Below, piece by piece: positions 33,723 through 45,077 of a stretch of 53,320 bases of DNA. Within the stretch, counting starts at the first letter, position 1. Each line of letters begins with the position of its first letter. Source of the stretch: Candidatus Altimarinota bacterium (GTDB lineage Bacteria; Patescibacteriota; Gracilibacteria; BD1-5; UBA6164); NCBI GenBank assembly GCA_034112165.1, contig JAWUVV010000052.1, forward strand, positions 1 to 53,320. The letters run 5' to 3'. Under the pieces are notes generated by a model, which was given only the letters and a program-made list of their open reading frames with translations, searched no databases and had not been told where the DNA came from. A program made the position numbers and the translations under genes.

Positions 33723-35864
33723 ATGAGCGTTACTCCTTTGAAAAAGGTAAGAAATATTGGTATTATTGCCCATATTGATGCAGGAAAAACTACTTTTACA
33801 GAAAGAGTTCTCTTCTATACTGGTAAAATTCATAAAATTGGGGAAACTCATGATGGTGAAGGTACTATGGACTGGATGGAACAAGAGCAAGAAAGAGGTA
33901 TTACTATTACTTCTGCTGCTACTACATGTTTCTGGAAAGAACATCAAATAAATATTATTGATACTCCAGGCCATGTGGATTTCACTATTGAAGTTGAGAG
34001 ATCACTTCGAGTACTAGATGGTGGTGTTGCTGTTTTTGATGCTTCCCAAGGAGTTGAACCTCAATCAGAAACTGTTTGGAAACAAGCAGATAAATATCAT
34101 GTGCCTAGAATCTGTTTTGTAAATAAAATGGATAAAATGGGTGGAGACTTTGATATGACTATAGAATCAATCAAGAAGAGACTTGCTGGTAATAAAGTAG
34201 TGGCTATTCAATATCCTATTGGTGCTGCTGATGACTTTACTGGTCTTATCGACATTATTGAAATGAAAGCATATCACTTTGATGGAGATTCTGGTGAAAA
34301 TATTACTGAAATCGACATCCCCGCAGAGCTCAAAGATAAAGTGGAGGGTATGAGACTCGAACTTATCGAAAAGGTAGCAGAACAAGATGATACTCTTATG
34401 GATACGTACTTTGCTGATGGTGACCTCAGCGTTGCGGATATCAAAAAAGGACTCAGAAAATGAGTTACGAATAATAACCTATATGCCGTAGCTTGTGGAT
34501 CTGCTCTTCAAAATATTGGGGTTCAAATGATTATTGATGCTGCTATTGAGTACCTTCCTGGGCCACTTGATGTGAATGATGGTATACTTACCGTTACTGA
34601 TATTGATGACATTGAAAAAACAGAAGAAATCAAAGTAGATGTTGCTTCTCCTCTTGCAGCTCTTGCCTTCAAGGTTGCTACAGATCCATTTGTTGGACGC
34701 CTTACATTCGTTAGAGTGTATGCGGGTATTCTTAAATCAGGGTCATATGTATATAATGCTACTTCTGGTCAAAAAGAAAGAGTTGGTCGTCTTGTGCAGA
34801 TGCATTCAAATTCTAGAGAAGAAATACCAGAGATTACAGCTGGGAATATTGGAGCTGTTATTGGTCTTAAGGCTACTAAAACTGGTGATACACTGTGTGA
34901 CGTGAGTAAGAAATTCCTCGTTGAATCTATGGATTTTCCAGAACCAGTAATCTCCATTTCTGTTGAGCCAAAAACGAAAGCAGATCAAGAAAAGATGGGT
35001 ATTGCTCTTGGGAAACTTGCAGAAGAAGATCCTTCTTTCAGAGTACGAACAGACGAAGAAACAGCTCAAACAATTATTTCAGGTATGGGGGAACTGCATC
35101 TTGATATCATTGTTGATAGAATGAAGAGAGAATTCAAGGTTGAATGTAACGTTGGGGCTCCTCAAGTTGCATACAGAGAGACAATCAAAACAATCGCAAA
35201 AGATGTTGAACATAAGTTTTCAAAACAAACGGGTGGTCGAGGTCAATTTGGTCATGTTGTTATGACATTTGAACCATATAGAGAGTTAGATGAAGAAGAT
35301 ATTAAAGATGAACTCAAAGAAAAACCTACTAATAAGTTTGCAAATAAAATTACTGGAGGTGTGATACCAAAAGAATATATTCCAGGTGTACAGAAAGGTC
35401 TCAAAGAAGCATATGCAAGAGGTTTCTCTGCTGGATACCCAATGGTTGATATCAAGGCAACTCTGACATTTGGTTCATTCCATGATGTTGATTCATCTGA
35501 ACTTTCATTTAAGATTGCTGCTTCAAAAGCTTTCCAAGATGCATGTAGAAAGGCTCAAGCTATTATCCTAGAACCTATCATGAAGGTAGAAGTAAATACT
35601 CCAGAAGAATATATGGGTGATGTTATTGGACAGATTAATTCAAAAAGAGGACGAATTGAAGAAATGTCAGACAGAGGACAAGCAAAGATTATTGCTTGTT
35701 ATGTACCACTTTCTGAAATGTTTGGGTATTCTACAGAACTAAGATCAGCTTCACAAGGACGAGCTACCTACGGTATGGAGTTTGATCACTACGAAGAAGT
35801 TCCTTCGAGTGTTGCTACAAAGATTCGTGAAGAAAGAGGTTTCAAAATCCCTGAAGACGAATAG
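33723..35864 (+). CDS. fusA: Elongation factor G
   Basis: [17 protein letters not shown] and NKMD motifs. A single TGA (34461-34463) sits at the conserved Gly of ..RKG... 713 aa. Confidence 0.97.
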
Positions 35865-35890
35865 TAAACATATATTGACTTTAAACACAT

Positions 35891-35942
35891 AAGTCCGGTC
35901 TCAAGTACACTTCTTAGTAACTTGAGACCGGACTTGTTTTTT
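35891..35942 (+). terminator. Strong rho-independent terminator after fusA
   Basis: 16-bp stem AAGTCCGGTCTCAAGT/ACTTGAGACCGGACTT followed by a T-run. The stem contains the CCGGTCTC/GAGACCGG motif. Confidence 0.85.
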
Positions 35943-36339
35943 GCAGCTTGATATATAAAACTTGTATTAATTATCTTTCCATATAGCCCATGATTTTTTC
36001 ATTCACCATCTTTTCTTCATTCCATAAAATCCCATATACACTGAGTTTTTTCTTTGAATAACTTCCAATCTCTTTAAAAATTCATACAATAAAAGTGCTA
36101 GTTTGGAATCTGGCAAAAATGTCCTCAAAAAAATCTAAAAACTTGGCTTTAAAAGCCAACTTCAATTAAAATACTTTATTTTTATCACCTATATATTTTT
36201 TAAAAATATAATACATTATTAGTTAGTTTTTATGATAAATATAGTATATTTGTCTACATGAAATTAGCTTTATCCGTATAAATATAAAGTAAGAGACAAG
36301 ATTTTTTAAGTACTATTTACTTAAATAAAAAAGAAAAAC

Positions 36340-37878
36340 ATGGATATTTGAATGCTATCTTTATGAGTACTTTTTTGAATGGCGCTATCTGTAGTATTGT
36401 TTTATGTTTGGGAAAATCGTAAAACAAATAATGCAGAGTCAAAATCAGAAAAGATACTCAGCAAAGCGGATAGAAAAAGAGATCATATTGTAAACGATGC
36501 TCGAAGAGATGCAGATGCTACTGTTAATGAGGCAAAACAAGAGGCTCATGACATCATGAAAAAAGCTCAACATACAGAAGATAGAATTGCAAAAACAGAA
36601 GCAAGAATTATAGAACGAGAAGAAAAAATAGAGCAAAGACTTGATCAGATTGGAAAAAGACAAGATGATCTATTAGCTCAAGAAGAAAATATTAAAAGCC
36701 AGAGAGATGAGCTTGAAAGGAAGCGTATTGAACTGGATGGTAAGCTCTCTGAAATTGCAAAACTTACAGAGGCGCAGGCAAAAGAGCTTTACATGAATCA
36801 AATAGGTGGTAAATATGAAAAAGATGCAATTTCACTTGTTGAAAAACATAAAAAGAAGATAGAAAAGCAAAAAATTGAAATTTCTAGAGAGATTCTTTTA
36901 AAGTCTATTCAACAGTATGCTGGTGACGTAACAAGTGAAGTTACTACCACTATTATTCCTATCCCTAGTGATGATATTAAAGGAAAACTCATTGGAAAAG
37001 AAGGGAGAAATATTACTACTTTTGAAAAGAATGCTTGAGTTTCTCTTATTATTGACGACACACCAGATTCTGTATTTATATCTGCCTTTGATCTTTATAG
37101 AAGGTACATTGCTAAAAAATCTTTAGAAAAGCTTATTGAAGATGGTAGAATTCAGCCAGCTAGGATTGAGGAGGTCATAAAACAAACAGAATCTGAGTGA
37201 GAAGTTCTTCTTAAGGATCTTGGGAATAAGGCTTTGGAAGAACTTAATATTCATAACATGCCAGATGAAATTGTTCCAATTATTGGAAGATTAAGATTTC
37301 GAACAAGTTATGGGCAAAATATGCTAAAACACTCAAAAGAGGTTGCTATTATTGCTGAGGCTATTGCTCGCGAATTAGGAGTAGACCAGAAATTAGTGAG
37401 AATGTGAGGTCTCCTTCATGATATAGGAAAGGCACTTGATCACGATATTGAAGGGACACATCCTGAAATAGGAGCTAAGATAGGGCGAAAGTATGGACTT
37501 CCTGAGGATGTAGTAGATATGATTGAGAATCATCATGGTGAACAGTTTAGTATCTCAATATATGCTGCTATTATTCAAATAGCAGATGCAATAAGTTCAG
37601 TTCGTCCTGGTGCTCGTCGTGAAGCGATAGAACAATACTTAAAACGGGTTCAGGAAATGGAGGCCTTAGTGCAAAGTTTCTCATGAGTAGATAAGGCATA
37701 TGCACTCTCTGCTGGACGCGAAGTTCGAGTATTTGTAAATGCAGAGACGGTTTCTGATATGCACGCACAGAAGCTAGCACAAGAAATAGCTCAGAATATA
37801 GAACAAAATCTTCAATATCCAGGAGAGGTGAAAGTTTCACTTATACGTGAAATGCGATGTGTAGAATATGCTAAATAA
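36340..37878 (+). CDS. rny: Ribonuclease Y
   Basis: N-terminal TM helix, coiled coil, KH motif [11 protein letters not shown], and HD domain [11 protein letters not shown]. 512 aa. Confidence 0.9.
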
Positions 37879-37941
37879 AAAATTTCAAAAGCTAGTAGAA
37901 ACAAGTATACTAGCAAAAATATAATATAATTTTATAAAAAG

Positions 37942-38499
37942 ATGTATAACGCAAGTGAATTAAAGGTAGGAAAGAAATTTCTTATGGATGAAGAGCCATA
38001 TGAAGTTACTTCATATGCTCAAAAAGTAGTTGGCCGAGGAGGGTCGATTATCACTATAAAATGTAAAAACCTTATTTCTTGAGGAACTATACCAAGAACA
38101 TTCTCAGATAAAGACAACTTTCCTCCTGCAGATATCGCTATGATGAGTTATGATTATCTCTACAGTGATGGGACTAACTATATATTTATGTCTCAAGAAA
38201 CTTACGATCAAGTAGAACTCTCAAAAGAAACTTTGGGTGGGGCTGAAATGTTCTTGAATGATGGAGATAAAGTGAAACTTCAAGAATTTAATGGAATACC
38301 TATTAATGTAGAGCTTGATCCAAGTTGCGCTTTAGAGGTTATAGAAACTCCCCCAGGAGAAAAGTGAGATACAGCAACATGAGGAAAAAAACCGGCTACT
38401 CTCTCTACTGGACTTGTAATACAGGTGCCTTTGTTTATTAAAGTAGGGGATATTATTAAGGTTGATACGAGAACAAAAGATTACGTATCAAGAGCATAA
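37942..38499 (+). CDS. efp: Elongation factor P
   Basis: [24 protein letters not shown][TGA]DTAT[TGA]G.KPATLSTG and VQVPLFI. 185 aa. Confidence 0.9.
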
Positions 38500-38564
38500 G
38501 TATATTTACTTTTTTTATGAAAAAAGTAGAATAAAGGTGTAAAATATTTTAATAAAAGTTTACT

Positions 38565-39353
38565 TTGTTTCCATTTATAGAAATCTTTCCTTGAGCAATT
38601 ATTTATACTTTTGGTTTGGCTCTCACAGTATGTTTTTTTCTATTCCTTTGGAACCTGAAGAGACTAGCAAAAAGATTTGCGTATAGTTTTTCATTTTTCA
38701 CCCAAAATATTATTTGGTTTTTTCTATCAACTCTATTCTTCTCAAGACTTTTTTATGTTATTTGAAAGTGGAATGATATGAAGTTTATCAAAGATCCGTT
38801 TCAATTTTTTATAATGAGTGATTTTAATTTTTCACTTTTTTGAGCTATATTTTGATTTTTATTAGTACTAAAAGTACTCACAAAAATTGAAAAGAGTAGT
38901 ATAACACGTTATATAGACGGGATAGTATTATCATTCTTATTTATATTAGTCGTTTGATACATTGGAGCATTCTTTTGATGACAAGTATATTGAAGAGAAA
39001 CTATGATGAGTATTGATATACTCTATAGTAATGCTTATACTCCAGTTCCATATCAAGTACCAGTTTTTCCGCTTCCTATAGTGTATACACTCATTAGTTT
39101 TGTGATATTTTCAGCGATGTACATGTTATCTCTCTTCGTTCATATTAGATGATATATTTGATATATTGGGCTTATTCTCTTTGCTGCCATGATAATTATA
39201 TTTGAATCATTTAGTGGAAAACAGGATATACTTTCTGTAGTAAGTGTTTTTAATCTTCCACAAGTATATGCCTTGATTCTTATTGTTTGGGCAGGATATA
39301 ATTTTTCTCAAATATTCATCTGAAAAGAATCTTTATGAAATATCTCAGTGTAG
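38565..39353 (+). CDS. lgt: Prolipoprotein diacylglyceryl transferase-like protein
   Basis: Polytopic protein with an Lgt-like V[TGA]YIGAFF[TGA][TGA]QVY[TGA]RET loop. There is no ATG after the upstream TAA, so TTG at 38565 is assumed as the start. Confidence 0.65.
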
Positions 39354-40837
39354 AAAAATATTCTATTAATACTTTATTTACCTACTTTTTAGTAGGGGTA
39401 TTAGCTTGAATTTGATGATTTAATATTCTTGAAGATATTATATTATCACTCTTAATTATAATGTTCCTATGTATCATAGGAATAACGATCTGTCTACAAT
39501 TTAGACAGATTTTTTGATTACTTATAATGCTGGTCATTGGAGTAATAGTATGAGTGTGATTTTCTTCTTACAAAGGGCAGGAAATGGCTGTAAATATGAC
39601 ACAGTTAGATGTGTATTATGGACTCTATAATTCTTATCAAGGAAAAGTTGTAAAAGTATATAAGAGAAGTGACTACTATGATGAGTATGTGATTAATATA
39701 GACAAGATAGCAGACGAAGTATTTTGACAAGAACTCTTGCATTTACTGAGAGTTCCAAAGAATTTTACTCTAGAACCTAGACAAGTAATTTCTTATCAGT
39801 GAGTGATGTACCCACTTCAAGATTTTGATGGTTTTGCATACAAAAAATTTATGCTATCGCAATGAATTTATTTTTCTACTTCGACAAATACTATTGATCA
39901 TATACGTCATGAGAGAGATAATATGTGATATAAAATGTATGTATTGAGAGAAAAATTATTATGAAATATAGTAGACATTTTTCCTTCCAGGGAGTCTATT
40001 TTCTTATGAGGAATTTTATTCTGAGCAAGAGAGAATATACCGCAAGAATTAAAGGAAGATTTTAATAATTCATGACTGACTCATTTTATTGCCGTTAGTG
40101 GTTTTAATATTACGCTGTGTATTATATTTATGAGTTATATCTTTGCTTTCATGCCTGTTTATATAAGAAGTGTTTTAGTAATAGTAAGTATCGTTATATT
40201 TTCATTATTTGTATGACTCTGAGCTCCCGTTGTTCGAGCTGCCATAATGTGAATACTTGGATATATATTTTTACAGTCATGAAATAGGAGTAATACTTTA
40301 ACTCTCATAGTCTTTACGGCTGTTGTAATGTGCCTTATGTCTCCTCTTTCTTTGAATTATGATGTTAGTATGCATTTGAGCTTTTTAGCTGTCATAGGGA
40401 TTATTTATACCCAAGAAATATTTACAAAGATGTTTTCTTGGCTGCCAAGTACCTTTGCTATTAAGGAAGCATTTGTTTTGACTCTCAGTGCCCTGAGTTT
40501 TTCCCTTCCCGTTATGATGTTCCAGTTTGGACAAATTTCTCTTCTATCCCCACTCGCGAATATTGCTGTAACCTGGACCATACCTCTTGCTATGCTTTGA
40601 TGAGCTCTTACTCTCATTGCAGATTTTATTTCTCCTATTATCTGACAAGGCTTATGATTTCTTACTTGGATACTCCTGCGATATGATATTGCCATGGTCG
40701 AGTACTTTGGAAATATTGAGTGGGCACTTCTAAGAGTTGATTTTTGAGCGTACTCTAATTATTTACAAATACTTTATTTTATAGTACTCACGTATATCTT
40801 AGCCCTCTATCATCTCAAAAAAAAGAATCAGCTTTAG
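39335..40837 (+). CDS. comEC: ComEC/Rec2 DNA-internalisation channel, core only (500 aa)
   Basis: FNNS[TGA=G]LTHFIAVSGFNI and APVVRAAIM motifs with multiple TM segments. No C-terminal metallo-beta-lactamase domain. It overlaps lgt by 19 nt. Confidence 0.8.
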
Positions 40838-40846
40838 GCTGATTCT
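40824..40846. terminator. Hairpin shared by the convergent genes comEC and 40834..41997
   Basis: AGAATCAGC/GCTGATTCT 9-bp stem. Both stop codons (TAG 40835-40837 on +, TAA 40834-40836 on -) lie in the loop. An A-run on the left supplies a T-run for the minus strand. Confidence 0.5.
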
Positions 40847-41997
40847 CATGGTGTCTCTGGAATATTATTATTCATAACGTCAATATCTCATCAAGTGAGC
40901 AGGTTTGCATCTCACTGTGATAATCAAACCTCAACTCTTATTGCCTCAAGCTTTACAGCTGCATCAATGGCTTGTATAGAATTTTCTTTTTGAGCTTTAA
41001 AAAAATCTAAAAGCTGATTAAATCTTTCTTGTCTTCATGATACTACTAAGAGTTGTTCAGCCGCTCTTTTTCTATAACGCATTTCTTGTTGTTTTCATCA
41101 TTTTCCTTGTTCTAGACTTGTAAAACTAAGTAAATCCTTATACGCAGCAAATCTATTACTCACTGGGAGAGAATTATTTTTTATATCTATTGTTATCTGC
41201 TTAAATGTTTCGTTCCTTTTAAACTGTTTTCCATCTATTTCAGTATTTAAAGCCGTAATAAATGCTGAATCTAAATCTTTTTTTCTGTCTTCCGAGCTTA
41301 CGTCTATTTCATTTGAAGTTATATATCGGGCTGATATCATATCAAATGCTGTTTGATCAGTCTCAGAAGTGAATTCTCATTTAGAATTTTGGAATTCTGA
41401 TAATTCACTTCAAAAATCTTTTGTAAAATTTTCAGAGTATTTAATTTGGTTTTCTGGCTTTTCGGATTCTGTAAGTAAATCAATAACTAGAGTTTTTTTC
41501 TCACTAGATAGTTCAGAGTCTGGAATAGTATCTATATCTGAAATATTTTTACTTAAAAGAGTAGTTTTAAGTACTTTTGCCTCATCTCAAATTATTTTTC
41601 ATTGTAGCGCATAACTATCAATTCGAGGTGAAAATACTCATTCAGTTATTTCTCTTTGCTGCTCAAAATTTCATTCTAATTCTCCTAAGTTATCTCCTCA
41701 TTGTGATCAACTTAAAATCTCACTATCTCATCATCAAATAATTTCTCAGTTTTCAGCTCATTCAAGTTCAGACATTAAAATATCATCTGGATTAGGCTCA
41801 TTTGCTTCTGCAACTTTTGCAGCTTCAATTTCTCCAGTAGTTCGAGGCTGTAAATCTCAATACATAAGATCTCTTACTCACTTATAATCTACTCAGTTAG
41901 TAGCTAGTTTTGCATCTATTTCATCTCTATCTGCTTCCCTGTCATTTCTAGCTCAAAGTGCCTCTAAACTCTCAAAGGCTGCTGGATCAAAACTCAT
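40834..41997 (-). CDS. Acidic hypothetical protein (387 aa), extremely rich in TGA-encoded Gly
   Basis: ATG at 41997, frame verified against track ORF 41098..41340. About 25 in-frame TGA, including TGA-TGA-TGA runs. Confidence 0.55.
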
Positions 41998-42014
41998 AAT
42001 ATTTTTCTATAAAA

Positions 42015-42046
42015 TAATCCCTTATATAATAACATATAAGGGATTA
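42015..42046 (-). terminator. Terminator after gatA
   Basis: 13-bp stem TAATCCCTTATAT/ATATAAGGGATTA with a 6-nt loop and a T-rich tail on the minus strand. Confidence 0.7.
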
Positions 42047-42066
42047 TGAATGCAAATTACGAAGTG

Positions 42067-43524
42067 CTATGCTCTAAATGCTTTTGGAATCATAGATTCT
42101 CGTAGATTTAATGATTGTTCGAGGGTATGAGCAATTTGTAGTAGTTTCTCTTCTCAAAGTCTTGGACCTATCATCTGAAATCCTACTGGGAGCATCTCTT
42201 TTTCACTATCATTACTTTGAGCAAAACCACATGGAATAGACATTCCTGGGAGTCATGCGAGTGAAGAAGGGATTGTATAGGCATCTTCTAGGTACATTTT
42301 AAGTGGGTCATTATTAAGTTCACCAATTTTCCAAGCAACTCATGGCGCAACGGGTCATACTATGATATCTACACTTTCAAATGCTTTTTTGAAATCCTCT
42401 ATTATAAGCGTTCGTATTTGAGCTGCTTTTTTGTAGTATGCATCGTAAAATCACGCAGAGAGTACGTAACTTCAAAGGATTGATCTTCGTTTCGGTTCAT
42501 CCCCAAGTCATTCACCTCTATTGTGGAGGTATATTTCATCGACACCACTATTTGGAAGGACACTATTATGTCCATAACGAATTCCATCAAGACGCGCTAG
42601 GTTTGTTGTTACTTCTGCAGGGCAGATAATATAGTAGGCTGCTACTGCGTATTTTGTCATAGGAAGAGAGATGTCTACAATCTCTGCTCAAAGAGATTTC
42701 ATCTGCTCTATAGTGGCTTTAATTCTTCCTTTTACTCAGCCGTCTAAACCTTCTTCAAAGTACTCTTTTGGGACTCCTACCTTTATTCATGTGAGGTCCT
42801 TATTGTCAAACTTTGATGTGTCTACTATGTGTTTCCCAGGGAGAGAAGAGCCCTCTAAAGGGTCATACCCATTCATGAGATTATAGAGATATGCAGCATC
42901 TTTAACGCTGTGAGTAAAGGTTCCTGGAGTATCGAGACTCGATGCCATGGGCATAATTCCAAAACGAGAGTTTCGCCCATAACTTGGTTTAAAACCAACG
43001 ATTCAGCACATGCTAGCTGGTTGACGTATTGATCATCCTGTATCAGTTCCAAGAGAGGCTGGAACGAGCCCTGCAGCAACAGCAGCAGCTGATCCAGAAC
43101 TTGATCATCCAGGAATTCTATTGGTTCCATGAGGATTTTTAGTTATTTTTACCTGGGAATTCTCTCAACTACTTCCCATAGCAAACTCATCCATATTGCA
43201 TTTTCAGAGTGAACTCATTCAAAGTCACGAGAGCTTTTTTGTAATAGTTGAGTCATATGGAGGAATATAATCAGCAAGCATATTTGATGCTCCTGTAGTG
43301 AAGACTCCAGTTTCACAATAGATATCTTTTATTCCAAGAGGAATTCACATCAATTCGTCACTCCTTTCATTAAAACCATTTTCATTAAATGAATTAAAAC
43401 TTCATAGATTTTTATCTTGAATTTTTGCTCTCTCTAAGGAATAACTCCACACATCTCGTGAAGTTACTTCATTATTTTCTATCATTTCTTTAAGCTCGAG
43501 AAGAGTTTTGTATGCGAGATTCAT
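42067..43524 (-). CDS. gatA: Glutamyl-tRNA(Gln)/aspartyl-tRNA(Asn) amidotransferase subunit A
   Basis: Amidase signature PG[TGA][23 protein letters not shown][TGA]SIRQPA. 485 aa. The start was taken at [11 protein letters not shown]. Confidence 0.9.
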
Positions 43525-43573
43525 ATATTTATATTGCAAATTAATTTTGTAGCTGAAGTATAGGTAAAAAATA

Positions 43574-43597
43574 AAACATCTCAAGAGTGAGATGTTT
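43574..43597. terminator. Bidirectional terminator hairpin after rplS
   Basis: AAACATCTCA/TGAGATGTTT 10-bp stem with A/T runs on both sides. Confidence 0.7.
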
Positions 43598-43616
43598 ATT
43601 TTTTAATGAAAAGGTT

Positions 43617-44093
43617 TTATTTTTCCTCAGTTTTCACTTCCTCTGTTGGAGTTTCAACTTGAGTTTCAGGAGCTTCAACTTTTACTTCTTGAGTTTTAAA
43701 CGTTGGGAGTGTTCTAGGAGTATTGAGAACAGCTTTATCCATTTTAATTTCTTTGAGCCTTGCTGCTTTACCAGTAAGTTCTCTGATGAATTTAATAGAT
43801 TTTCTTCGTACCTTGAATTGTCTTAGGACATCTATTTTTTCAATAGTTGGAGAGTGAACAGCAAATATTTTTTCTACCCCAAATGCGCCAATTTTTCTTC
43901 TTACAGTGATTGTTTTTTCAAGTTCTGATTTCCCAGCTACTTTAATAACAATACCTTTAAATCTTTGTATTCTTTCTTTTCCATTTTCCTTAATGATTTG
44001 GTATACCTCTACCTCCATACCTGTTTTCATTGCTGGCATTCCTTCTTTTAGGAATTCACTTTGTGCCTTTCTTACGATATCTACGTTCGTCAT
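43617..44093 (-). CDS. rplS: Ribosomal protein L19 with ~45-aa E/T/K/V/P-rich C-terminal extension
   Basis: GMEVEVYQIIKENGKERIQRFKGIVI and RRKIGAFGVEKIFAVHSP. The start was taken at MTNVDIV. No TGA codon in the gene. Confidence 0.9.
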   Translation of the reverse strand: MTNVDIVRKAQSEFLKEGMPAMKTGMEVEVYQIIKENGKERIQRFKGIVIKVAGKSELEKTITVRRKIGAFGVEKIFAVHSPTIEKIDVLRQFKVRRKSIKFIRELTGKAARLKEIKMDKAVLNTPRTLPTFKTQEVKVEAPETQVETPTEEVKTEEK

Positions 44094-44218
44094 AGTTTTG
44101 TAATTATTACTAAAATTGAGCATATCATATAAACAAGTTAACAAAAGGCAAACTTTTTATATGCTTTTTAACCGTAACTATGGTATTATTGAATGTATAT
44201 AACTCTTACCTTATATTT

Positions 44219-44713
44219 ATGGACCTGCTAGAATTAAAAAATAAAGCTTCAAAGCTCAAAGATTCGCTCGCTAAAGCGTCAAAATCAGCAGTGCATTATT
44301 CAGCGTGAAAGCTTGCGGATTCGAGTCTGACACTCAAGACTACAGAAGATCTGGAAAAATTTATTAAAAAATCTAAAACTACTACTGGAAAAGACACAGC
44401 TACCTGAAAAGATAAGAAGTTTAAACATCAGGTTATTATTATCTTTGCAGATACAACATCAGACTTTTTTAAGGAAATGCTCTATAAACTTCCAGTTCTG
44501 AGTGCAAAAGCATTTTCACAGAATATGACTATTAGGCTTGCAGATATATCTATGAAGAAACTGGATAAAAAGCTATACAAGATCTCTCTTCCAGAAACAT
44601 TAGTTGTCATAGAAAATGAAAAAGTACTGACATCATTAGTATGAGCTGAAAGTATACAAAAAATTGTAAAATCGATGAGCTTAGATATAATCAAGAGTAT
44701 AAAAGATTTATAA
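44219..44713 (+). CDS. Hypothetical protein (164 aa)
   Basis: The frame was walked codon by codon. Three in-frame TGA. No family recognised. Confidence 0.45.
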
Positions 44714-44742
44714 TATTTAAATTCTAGAACGGTAAAATAAAA

Positions 44743-45021
44743 ATGATAGAAATTTCAACATTAGAACTTCTGCAGCTTGTAGCTACCTTTTTCCTTATTG
44801 TCATCGGGACACTTCTTAGTCTTGCACTTTTGAAACTCAATAAAATTCTGAAAATGTGAGTTGAGCTCGTAGGCTACTATGAAAATATGAAACAATTAAT
44901 TATCTATTATTCTATGGTCCCGTATGTTATCAAGGATAAAATATTTGAATTTATAGCAAACCTCTCCGAATCCTCTCCTCAAGGAGAGGTGGAATCACAA
45001 GAAAGTTCTACTGAAAAGTAG
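44743..45021 (+). CDS. Small membrane protein (92 aa) with hairpin-element-derived C-terminus
   Basis: One TM helix (LVATFFLIVIGTLLSLALL). The C-terminal ..NLSESSPQGEVESQ.. is encoded by the repeat at 44961-44992. Confidence 0.45.
44961..44992 (+). repeat. Solo left-end-type hairpin element
   Basis: CCTCTCCGAATCCTCTCCTCAAGGAGAGGTGG. Compare the fmt element's left end, CCTCACCTCTGAATTTCCTCTCCTCAAGGAGAGGAGG. Confidence 0.5.
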
Positions 45022-45077
45022 GATTTATTTTTTGAGAAAAATATGTACACTATAAGCATAAAAATAACTTAAAAAAT

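Noticed and set aside
35971-36165. 64-codon minus-strand ORF in the fusA-rny spacer.
   Set aside because: It has no ATG (only TTG), no recognisable family, and is isolated from any operon. It is reported only as a possible remnant.
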